A stretch of 64,000 nt of DNA from Flavobacterium sp. UBA4098 (GTDB lineage Bacteria > Bacteroidota > Bacteroidia > Flavobacteriales > Flavobacteriaceae): NCBI GenBank assembly GCA_002382495.1, contig DFXW01000041.1, forward strand, positions 158,943 through 222,942, read 5' to 3'. Each line of letters starts with the position of its first letter. Positions within the stretch are counted from its first letter, which is position 1. The translations under genes and the position numbers were made by a program. Positions 41,801 to 48,634 of this stretch are shown here, in pieces. The notes beneath the pieces were generated by a model that saw only the letters and a program-made list of their open reading frames with translations, made no database searches and was not told the DNA's origin.

Positions 41801-43960
41801 GCTAAAACATTTTCCCCTACACTTACTGCCGCGGCTAACGGGGAAACTTTAGTTGGGCTAGATATTAATCCAACCTTTACTAATGGATCGTATACGGGTT
41901 TAACCAACTATGGTTTACGTGTACAAGGTATTGGAATTGGACTGGGTAGCGGTGGAATTACAACCAACACCGCTGTAGGAACGGGTGTTTTAATTAATAA
42001 TTTTAATGGTTCAAATAATACGGGATTAGGTTATTTAACAATGGTTGCAAACACTTCAGGAGTAGAAAATACAGGAATCGGGACTAATTCACTAAATAGA
42101 ACTTCAACGGGATCTAATAACACAGCTATTGGATCTAATTCAGGAGATAAATTAACAACAGGTGCCAAAAACATTTTTGTTGGATCCTTAGCAGGAAGTA
42201 AAATTGCGACAGGAACCACGTCCAACACAACTGGGGCTAATAGCGTCCTTATTGGATACGATGTGCGACCTGCCGCTGATGGTCAAACGAATCAAATAGT
42301 GATCTCAGGCTACAATGGTACTGCAGGAACTGTTGGACTAGGATCCAATACTACATTGATTGGCTCATCAACTACAACAGATACAAGAATTATGGGTGCT
42401 TTAGATCTTCCAAATGCAACTAGTTCAACTACTACTACTACAGGTGCTCTCAAAGTAGCAGGTGGAGTAGGAATTGTTGAAAATTTAAATGTTGGAGGGA
42501 ATACTAAAATTACCGGAACTTTAACTGTTACTAATGGAGCAGGGGCAGGAAAAGTATTGACTTCTGATGCCAATGGACTGGGAACTTGGACGACATCAAA
42601 TGCGGTGCCTTATACAGGTGCAACAGGAGCAGTCAACTTGGGGTCTTATGATTTAACAGTAAATGGTTTGACAGTAGGTGTGGGAACTAATGGTAAAAGT
42701 GTTAATAACTTTAACACTTCGTTTGGATCTAGTGCTTTATCAGGGAATAATTCAGGAACTGGAGCAAATACAGCAATAGGTTTTTATACACTTAAAACAA
42801 ATACAACTGGAGCAAGTAATACAGCAATTGGTTTTTATGCATTAAATGCCAATAGTACGGGAAATCATAATACAGCAGTTGGGAATAATTCGTTATTAGT
42901 AAATACAGGAAATCATAATACAGCAGTTGGTTCCTATTCGTTAAGTGCAAATACAAGTGGTATAAAAAATGTTGCATTTGGACCTTATGCAAATCAAACA
43001 AACAGTACCGGGAATTATAATGCTGCTTTAGGATATGGTGCATTATCTGCATCAACAAGCGCATCAGAAAATATTGCAGTTGGTTTTACCGCCGGAAGTG
43101 AAATCACAACGGGAGATAAAAATATATTCATTGGATCTCAAGCAGGAAATTATGTAGGCTCAGCAGGAGTAACAAAAAATACAACTGGGAAAAATAGTGT
43201 ATTGATTGGTTATGACGTTAGACCTGATGCTAATACAGATGAAAACGAAATTGTTATTTCAGGGTATAACAATTCAACCCCTACCGTAGGTATAGGATCT
43301 AATACTACTTTAATTGGATCCACAAAAACTCAAAAATCGCAATTGTATGGTGCGTTAACGGTGGTACCGAATGCTGCTGCATCATCCACTAATGGGAATA
43401 GTTCTACTATTGCTGCACAAAATGCAGGTACTGGAGGTACTAATGCAGGAGGTAGTGTTAACATTACAGCTGGAAATGGAAACAATACTGGACTGGGAGG
43501 AAATATTGTGTTAACACCAGGAACTTCGACAACAGCGGCTAATAAAGGGATTGTTACGGTAAATGGACAAGTCAAAATTGCTGATGGAACTCAAGGTGCA
43601 GGAAAAGTATTGACTTCGGATGCTGCTGGTTTAGCGTCTTGGACATATGGATCAAGTGATGTGTCGAAACCAACTGCAACAGCTACCATTTTAATTTCTG
43701 ATAAGTACGTATTTTATGATGGAACAGCAGATGGTACATTGACATTGCCAGCTGCAACTGGTAATGCAGGAAAAGAAATCATTATTAAGAATAGAACAAC
43801 GAAAGTTGTTACTGTTTCTAGAACTGCATCAGAGACAATTTATGTAGATACCGCCAATAGTGCAGTTACTACATTTACAATTGGATCTGAGGCTTCTAAT
43901 AACTGGGTTAAATTGGTGTCAGACGGAGCAAACTGGGTAGTCTTCAGAGCCTTATTCTAA
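35825..43960 (+). CDS. Giant secreted fibre/adhesin with phage-tail-fibre-like, coiled-coil and YadA-head-like repeats
   Basis: 2711 aa, Ala/Thr/Gly/Asn-rich; signal peptide; TYQAVI...VPFA N-domain; GNVDNTSD, KGKVQLA, LASPTFTGTPTAPT, VTTAKI and NTAIG repeats. Confidence 0.85.
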   Translation: MKKLFYILLLLGSTYVFAQNKGMTYQAVIYAPGGQNVPGVNVANVPMTNRTICLQFSLLDASSTVEYQEVVKTKTDEFGMVNITIGSGTQTGGYATSFASVVWSASADKSMKVALDATGLCNQYEELSVEKLDAVPFANAAITAGNVTGVVALTNGGTGATTAAGARTNLGIGNVDNTSDLNKPMSTATKTYVDSQLTNSTIVDADANTKGKVQLAGDLAGTAAAPTVPGLALKENAANKSTTTTLGTSNVLFPTQNAVKTYVDTAIAGATIVDADANTKGKIQLAGDLAGTAAAPTVPGLALKLDASLAGVPNGIATLNSAGIIPANQLPPISVASTNVVGSQAAMLALSNATVGSIAVRTDLNKNFILSTAGPSVLANWIELLTPGAPVQSVNGLTGAIQLSKADINLANVDNTSDAAKPISTATQNALNLKLNTNQVGVPNGTASLNALGKIPTEQIPAISFSSVKVLASQAEMLAQTNALIGSVIIRTDVNKNYVLAQSDPTILANWVELLTPAPPVQSVNGYVGNVSLTKADLGLGNVDNTGDINKPVSTPTQNALDLKANLASPSFTGTVSGITKSMVGLANVDNTTDLNKPVSTATQTALDLKANTVDLTAETTRATAAEATLTTNVATNATAIAAETTRATAAEATLTTNVATNATAIAAETTRATAAEATLTTNVATNATAIAAETTRATAAEATLTTNVATNATAIAAETTRATAAEATLTTNVATNATAIAAETTRATAAEATLTTNVATNTTAIAAETTRATAAETTLTTNLAAEVTRATAAEALKANATDVTTSLALKANLASPTFTGTPTAPTPATADNSTTIATTEYVKNSIVAANAGLSTIGAISTTSDPKGAIINGTTELVLTPADATNGGVVTTGAQTFAGAKTFNSDIKVNDITVGGGSQTYGNTALGYLTLASNQPASYNAGSWNTAIGHSAMYRNTNGNYNTAIGKSALTNNTTGKYNTAIGYYAGSSLYTVSSTFPTDNTLIGTASGMGITTGSFNTIIGSQTYNVVNGTAVGIGITTGSNNTIIGSKILGLSPTLSNNVILADGSGNIRAQHDGTNGWTLGTISSGTWNGTEIAIAKGGTGATTAAAALTNLGAEPTANKSTATDLGNTAPSDQLFPSQKAVKAYVDAQTAAAGVSDGSITSAKILDGTIAAIDIADNTITGAKLNSDLYAAGKKFTFQDLLIGAGTTFGKISTDGTKHIAFEPTYNVESTRFWGNGNITIQTGGTFTDNGYKLEVAGTTKFGGNATIAGTVTASSGITGTQFTSTIADGTAPFVVTSTTPVANLSIGGNAATVTTNANLTGDVTSSGNATTIGANKVVTAMIANATITNAKLDKANIPLSGFGAAAADVALGANKLTGVADPTLAQDAATKNYVDTATAGITTLAEGKIYLGNASNVATEVTPSGDVTITNAGVTAIGTGKVVVGMLATDAVETIKIKDANVTEAKLAADAVTSAKILNGTIVVADLAANAVEEAKIKDANVTTAKLADAAVTTAKITDANITTAKLADTAVTTAKITDANVTYAKIQNVSATDKVLGRVTAGAGVVEEIATTGSGNVVRATSPTLVTPVLGAATATTINKVTITPPTTSATLTIADGKTLTANNSIVVAGTDATTMTFPTTDATIARTDAAQTFTGVQTFSSDMVVNSVNIGRGKGAVATNTAVGTDAISATATGTENAALGYNALKVVTSGSFNTAIGSQAVKSVTSGSNNTALGYQALRDNTTGEANTAIGKEALAALNSSATPNDRNTAIGAASFLNLTSGQFNVGVGQGSLLYATSGSSNIAIGRYAGETSSASSQVTTSNKSIFIGTNTKPLSATSENEIIIGDRAIGLGDNSTVLGNSSSTQAKIFGALDLPDATTSTSTTTGALKVGGGVGIVENLNVGGNAKITGTLTVTNGAGAGKVLTSDANGLGTWTTPTGVTTMAAIGSAPNANGATISGANLNLEPASATYGGVVTTGAQTFAGAKTFSPTLTAAANGETLVGLDINPTFTNGSYTGLTNYGLRVQGIGIGLGSGGITTNTAVGTGVLINNFNGSNNTGLGYLTMVANTSGVENTGIGTNSLNRTSTGSNNTAIGSNSGDKLTTGAKNIFVGSLAGSKIATGTTSNTTGANSVLIGYDVRPAADGQTNQIVISGYNGTAGTVGLGSNTTLIGSSTTTDTRIMGALDLPNATSSTTTTTGALKVAGGVGIVENLNVGGNTKITGTLTVTNGAGAGKVLTSDANGLGTWTTSNAVPYTGATGAVNLGSYDLTVNGLTVGVGTNGKSVNNFNTSFGSSALSGNNSGTGANTAIGFYTLKTNTTGASNTAIGFYALNANSTGNHNTAVGNNSLLVNTGNHNTAVGSYSLSANTSGIKNVAFGPYANQTNSTGNYNAALGYGALSASTSASENIAVGFTAGSEITTGDKNIFIGSQAGNYVGSAGVTKNTTGKNSVLIGYDVRPDANTDENEIVISGYNNSTPTVGIGSNTTLIGSTKTQKSQLYGALTVVPNAAASSTNGNSSTIAAQNAGTGGTNAGGSVNITAGNGNNTGLGGNIVLTPGTSTTAANKGIVTVNGQVKIADGTQGAGKVLTSDAAGLASWTYGSSDVSKPTATATILISDKYVFYDGTADGTLTLPAATGNAGKEIIIKNRTTKVVTVSRTASETIYVDTANSAVTTFTIGSEASNNWVKLVSDGANWVVFRALF
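37676..38209 (+). repeat. 75-bp (25-aa) coding tandem repeat: 6 full units, one 18-aa unit and a partial unit
   Basis: AETTRATAAEATLTTNVATNATAIA units; the same DNA string recurs at 37706 and 37781. Confidence 0.92.
40187..40483 (+). repeat. Degenerate 10-aa coding repeat ([AN]VTTAK[IL]xD), about 10 copies
   Basis: NVTTAKLADAAVTTAKITDANITTAKLADTAVTTAKITD and flanking variants. Confidence 0.8.
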
Positions 43961-43977
43961 TCGATAACCCATTCAAA

Positions 43978-44622
43978 ATGAAAAAAGGAGTACTAGTATT
44001 AATGTTGTTTTTGGTTTTCCTCAATGGGAAAGCCCAAACGGGTATTGGGACTACTACGCCAAATGCCTCGGCAAAGTTGGATGTGTTTGCAACTGATAAA
44101 GGGTTTTTGCCACCAAGAATAGCCTTAACCGCTACCAATGCAGCAAGTCCCGTGACTTCGCCTGCCACTGGTTTGTTGGTGTACAATACCGCCACTACAG
44201 GAACAGCTCCTACTAATGTAGCACCTGGCTATTATTATTGGAATGGAACCGCTTGGGTAGCTATTTTAGGAAATATCACAACCAGCAGTATTTCGGGCAA
44301 TGGTACCACTACTACGTTGACCAATTTTGGGGCTGAGGTAAATGTACAAGGAGGAACGTCCTATACATTAACAGCATCCGATAATGGCAAAATTATAAGT
44401 TGTACCAGTAATAGCCCAGTTACGATTACTGTACCTGCTTTATCTATTGGCTTTAACTGTTTAATTGTACAACGAGGTTCGGGGCAAGTAACTTTAACAG
44501 CTTCTGGATCAACCATAAATAATCGATACAATTTTAATAAAACAGCCGGTCAACATGCGATTATGAGTTTGGTAAGCGTGGCATCGGGACAATTTATTTC
44601 ATCGGGAGATATGTCAAATTAG
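43978..44622 (+). CDS. Carrier A1: secreted QTGIGTTTP protein with a phage-fibre-like C-domain
   Basis: Signal peptide; QTGIGTTTPNASAKLD, KGFLPPR, GYYYWNG; C-domain YTLTASDNGK...GFNC..VQ.G.GQVT...GDMSN. Confidence 0.8.
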   Translation: MKKGVLVLMLFLVFLNGKAQTGIGTTTPNASAKLDVFATDKGFLPPRIALTATNAASPVTSPATGLLVYNTATTGTAPTNVAPGYYYWNGTAWVAILGNITTSSISGNGTTTTLTNFGAEVNVQGGTSYTLTASDNGKIISCTSNSPVTITVPALSIGFNCLIVQRGSGQVTLTASGSTINNRYNFNKTAGQHAIMSLVSVASGQFISSGDMSN

Positions 44623-44629
44623 AAATGGT

Positions 44630-46093
44630 ATGAAAAAAGTAATTGCTCTTATTTTTTCTATAATAAGTATGGGAGGTCAAGCGCAAATTATGGCGACTTA
44701 CCAACCCGTGCACAAACAACCGCTAGTGCAATTAGACTATTGGGTCTACAGCACAAATGCTGGAAATGGAACTACTACACAATATCCAATTGTACCTACC
44801 ACTAGAGCCGAAATGGATAATCTATTCAACTCAGCAAATTCAAATACAACGCTATTTCAAACCGGTAAAACCAATTCGGCTAGACTATTGGATTGGACAA
44901 GCGCTGCCGAATTAACGCCCCTTGGCATTAATTTGCCGAATAGCGGTAATTATTTTGCTATAAAAATACAAGGTACATTTATTCCGCAAGAGTCGGGCAA
45001 TTATGTTTTTACATTAGAGGCCGATGATGCTTCCGATTTAATTATAGAGGGCAACCCAGTTATTGGAACCTATCAAGGTCAAGCGGTCCCTGCTTTAGGA
45101 ATCCATACAGGAACGGTCAATTTAACAGCGGGAAAATCCTATTCTTTTCAGGTGCGCATGCAACAAGGTGGCGGAGGTTATGGGATGCGTTTGTATTGGA
45201 AATCGCCCACTCAAAACAGTGCCCCAAGTTCGTACACGAGTGTGCACCCAGCCAACACCTATTTTCAATCCTGGACACAGAATTTGCAGGAACTGGTTAG
45301 CGTTCCGGTCATGGATGGGACTACTGCAGCCAAAGCAGCACCTAGTGCCAAATACATTCAAACGGCTTTTAATAATTTTACCGATGGCACTTATTGGATC
45401 AACCTACCTTATCTAGGACCCACCCAAGTCTATTGTTTATTGAATTCTGCAGTAAATGGAGGCGGTTGGATGATGGCCATGAAAGCCACGCGCGGGACTA
45501 CATTTCCGTATTCCAGTTCGTATTGGACCGCTGTGAATACTTTAAATCCAGCACAAACCAATCGGAATGATGGCGATGCCAAATTTGATACCATGAATTA
45601 TTTTTATGCCAAAGACATCATGGCCTTGTGGCCGGATATTGCTTGGAATTATGGTGGAAGTACGACCGGAGGAAGTGTGAACACTAATGGAACCTACAAC
45701 GTTTGGTGTTGGTTACAAAATAATTTCAATAACGGCATTCGCATCACACCGATTAATTTTTTTAATACGGCGAGTAAATTGTTTTTCAGCGACGGCAATA
45801 GTTTTGCGGGCAAAGGTACTCCCTTTTCATCTCAAACGGATATTCGTTTTTATGGATTCAATTATACTAATGCCAGTTCAACGGCAAGTGTTCGTTGGGG
45901 ATTTGGTTGGAATGAAAATGGCGGGGGCTTGTATCCCAATGGCGAAGCTACCTCAAATGATGTTTCGGGAGGGATAGGAATGTCGGGCTTGTTTGCGACG
46001 AACATCAATTATTCCGCAGGAGATCAATTGTCCTGTTGTTCGACTAATTCAGGAATCAATCGCTCGGCACGAGTAGAAATTTATATTCGATAA
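44630..46093 (+). CDS. Tip B1: secreted PA14 plus fibrinogen-like domain protein
   Basis: PA14 pattern GNYVFTLEADDAS...QQGGG..MRLYWKSP; then DGTYWI...VYC...GGGWMM...EIYIR. Confidence 0.75.
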   Translation: MKKVIALIFSIISMGGQAQIMATYQPVHKQPLVQLDYWVYSTNAGNGTTTQYPIVPTTRAEMDNLFNSANSNTTLFQTGKTNSARLLDWTSAAELTPLGINLPNSGNYFAIKIQGTFIPQESGNYVFTLEADDASDLIIEGNPVIGTYQGQAVPALGIHTGTVNLTAGKSYSFQVRMQQGGGGYGMRLYWKSPTQNSAPSSYTSVHPANTYFQSWTQNLQELVSVPVMDGTTAAKAAPSAKYIQTAFNNFTDGTYWINLPYLGPTQVYCLLNSAVNGGGWMMAMKATRGTTFPYSSSYWTAVNTLNPAQTNRNDGDAKFDTMNYFYAKDIMALWPDIAWNYGGSTTGGSVNTNGTYNVWCWLQNNFNNGIRITPINFFNTASKLFFSDGNSFAGKGTPFSSQTDIRFYGFNYTNASSTASVRWGFGWNENGGGLYPNGEATSNDVSGGIGMSGLFATNINYSAGDQLSCCSTNSGINRSARVEIYIR

Positions 46094-46094
46094 G

Positions 46095-47054
46095 ATGAGA
46101 AAGCGCTATTTACTTATAATTTTATTAGGATTTGTAGGAACTGCCCAAACAGGTATTGGTACGACTACGCCAGCATCAAAACTACATGTTAAGTCCAATG
46201 GTTCTATATTTAGATTAGAAGGATCAGACCATGCTTACATGGAATGGTACCCACAAGGAACAGCTACGCGCTATGGTTGGATAGGCTATCCATCGGCGGG
46301 TGCTATTGATTTGACTTTTTCCAGTCAATTTGCAACAGGATCACTGGTATTGAATACTAATAATACAGAGCGATTTAGAATTAATTCTTCAGGCAATGTG
46401 GGTATCGGAACTTCTTCACCTACTAGTACATTAACGCTAGGAAATACAACAGGCAGTGTTTCGGGAGAATTGACCCTCAACCCAGCGTTCACAGCTAATG
46501 AAGGAGGACAAATCAACATAAGAAAATCGGTTAATGGCAGTACTGCTGACTGGGTTATTGATCAATACGGAACGAGTGCATCCGATGCGAGATTTCGAAT
46601 TTTTAATTCTATAGGTGAATCTAATGGGATCACTATTTTAGAAAACGGGAACGTGGGCATGGGAGTTTTAACCCCATCTGTTCGCTTGCAAGTAAGCGGA
46701 GATATTATAGCCAACTCCATAGCGGGCTCTTCGGATGCGCGTTTTAAAACCCATATTACTCCTATTGAGAACCCCTTACAGAAAGTATTGCAATTACGTG
46801 GAGTCCATTTTGATTGGAATACAAAGGATTTTCCAGACAGAAAGTTTTCAGATCAAAAAGCGATTGGTCTCATCGCCCAAGAAGTAGAAAAAGTACTTCC
46901 TGAAGTAGTGCAAACCGAAAAAACACCAGAAGGGTACAAAGCGGTTCAATACGACAAAGTAGTGGCTCTGCTAGTAGAAGCTATAAAAGAGCAACAAAAG
47001 CAAATTCAAATATTACAAAAAGAAATTAAAAAAGTAAAAAAACGCAAGAAATGA
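46095..47054 (+). CDS. Carrier A2: secreted QTGIGTTTP fibre with a C-terminal peptidase S74 chaperone
   Basis: GNVGIGT repeats; SDARFK, GLIAQEVEKVLPEVV and a terminal coiled coil. Confidence 0.85.
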   Translation: MRKRYLLIILLGFVGTAQTGIGTTTPASKLHVKSNGSIFRLEGSDHAYMEWYPQGTATRYGWIGYPSAGAIDLTFSSQFATGSLVLNTNNTERFRINSSGNVGIGTSSPTSTLTLGNTTGSVSGELTLNPAFTANEGGQINIRKSVNGSTADWVIDQYGTSASDARFRIFNSIGESNGITILENGNVGMGVLTPSVRLQVSGDIIANSIAGSSDARFKTHITPIENPLQKVLQLRGVHFDWNTKDFPDRKFSDQKAIGLIAQEVEKVLPEVVQTEKTPEGYKAVQYDKVVALLVEAIKEQQKQIQILQKEIKKVKKRKK

Positions 47055-47968
47055 AACTAACAGTCCTACGTTTAGTAGTGGTGTTGATTATTTTTTTGTC
47101 TCAAGTTCAAGTAAATGCTCAGACCAACTCCACTACTTCAGGAGATTTTAATTTAGCTTCCACCTGGGTGATACCCCTTCAAGTAGCCAATGGCATTACG
47201 ATACAAAATGGACATACAATTACAGTTCCAACAGGAAGGACATTTTACAGTGGAAAAATAAACTTTTCGGGAACAGGAAAGTTGCTATTGACAGGTACTG
47301 GAAAATGGAAACCAGGACCATCCTTGAATAGTTTAAAATCTTGTAAAGAAATCATTGATTATTACCCTATGGCTCCATCAGGTCAATATACGATTGATCC
47401 TGATGGTGCCGGAGCGACTGCAAGTACGACTTGTTATTGCGATATGACCACCGATGGAGGTGGATGGACATTAGTATTGAATTATTTACATAAAGGAGGA
47501 ATAGACCCTGCATTAAAAATATTTACTGCTTCATTGCCCGTTTTAGGATCAACTACTTTAGGTACCGATGAATCTGGCTCTACAACAACTTGGGGGCATG
47601 TATCCAATGCATATTTAAATAAGTTTACTTTTGCTGAATTACGAATCTATGGGGCAACCAATGCACACAATAGAATTATTAATTTTAAAACTTCGCATAG
47701 CGGCACCATTTCTTATTTTAAAACTGGTTTAGGTAGCATGAGTGGTATTACACAAAGTTTTACTGCCTTATCCGGTCATAATGCAGTTAACCCAGGAAGT
47801 ACAGCAAATTATTTTACAGACCAATACGATCTCGCGATGACCAACTTCCCCTTTTGGGTGAGTGGAGCTTATCATTGGGGAATCAAGGGACACAATTACC
47901 GTTGGGAGGTAGATGATTTTAACAATAGTAGTAGCTATCATACATTACATCAAATTTGGATTAGATAA
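47051..47968 (+). CDS. Tip B2: secreted fibrinogen-like (YCDxxxxGGGW) domain protein
   Basis: KSCKEI...SGQYTIDPDG...YCDMTTDGGGWTLV...QIWIR. Confidence 0.8.
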   Translation: MKLTVLRLVVVLIIFLSQVQVNAQTNSTTSGDFNLASTWVIPLQVANGITIQNGHTITVPTGRTFYSGKINFSGTGKLLLTGTGKWKPGPSLNSLKSCKEIIDYYPMAPSGQYTIDPDGAGATASTTCYCDMTTDGGGWTLVLNYLHKGGIDPALKIFTASLPVLGSTTLGTDESGSTTTWGHVSNAYLNKFTFAELRIYGATNAHNRIINFKTSHSGTISYFKTGLGSMSGITQSFTALSGHNAVNPGSTANYFTDQYDLAMTNFPFWVSGAYHWGIKGHNYRWEVDDFNNSSSYHTLHQIWIR

Positions 47969-47970
47969 TT

Positions 47971-48633
47971 ATGAAAAAGATATATTTTACATTATTGTTT
48001 ATAGGCTTTTTAGCTAGTGCCCAAACGGGTATTGGTACGACTACGCCTAATGCTTCGGCAAAGCTTGAAATTGCTGCTACAGATAAGGGCTTGCTAATAC
48101 CACGTATGACTAAAACGCAACGAGAGGCCATCACGCTTTCCTCTGCAGCCAACGGCTTAATGGTCTATCAAACGGATGATCTAGTTGGTTTTTACGTAAA
48201 CACCAGTACAACAACCACTGTCGCTTGGACACGCGTTAATAGTAATTGGAACCGTTCTGGTAACGATATTAGTTATACTTCAGGAAACGTTTCAACCACG
48301 GGAAATCTAACAGGAGGCAATACAAGTGCCTCTACTATTTCGGGTTTTGGGGCTAATGTCGCCACTATTTCAGGGGCCTATAGTATAACCGCTTCTGATA
48401 ATGGAAAAATCATTCAATCGACCAGTGCTTCGGCCATAACAGTGACTATTCCTACCGGTTTGCCTACCGGTTTCAATTGTACCATTGTGCAAATGGGCGC
48501 GGGACAAATTACGTTTTCGGGGACTTATTTGAACCGAACCGGTTTTACCAAAACAGCGAGTCAATATGCAGTTGTCAGTATATTGCATCTGGGAAGTAAT
48601 TCAATTATTGTAACAGGCGAAATGAGTAATTAA
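47971..48633 (+). CDS. Carrier A3: secreted QTGIGTTTP protein
   Basis: QTGIGTTTPNASAKLE, KGLLIPRM, GLMVYQTD; C-domain YSITASDNGK...GFNC..VQMGAGQIT...GEMSN. Confidence 0.8.
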   Translation: MKKIYFTLLFIGFLASAQTGIGTTTPNASAKLEIAATDKGLLIPRMTKTQREAITLSSAANGLMVYQTDDLVGFYVNTSTTTTVAWTRVNSNWNRSGNDISYTSGNVSTTGNLTGGNTSASTISGFGANVATISGAYSITASDNGKIIQSTSASAITVTIPTGLPTGFNCTIVQMGAGQITFSGTYLNRTGFTKTASQYAVVSILHLGSNSIIVTGEMSN

Positions 48634-48634
48634 G

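Noticed and set aside
37315-43575. Long antisense ORFs (e.g. 37315-38478, 40477-41199)
   Set aside because: Shadow frames of the Ala/Thr-rich fibre gene, with non-ATG starts and mirrored repeats
43660-43960. Trimeric autotransporter anchor (the protein ends in Phe)
   Set aside because: No coiled coil plus four amphipathic strands; the segment looks like a soluble fibre-end domain
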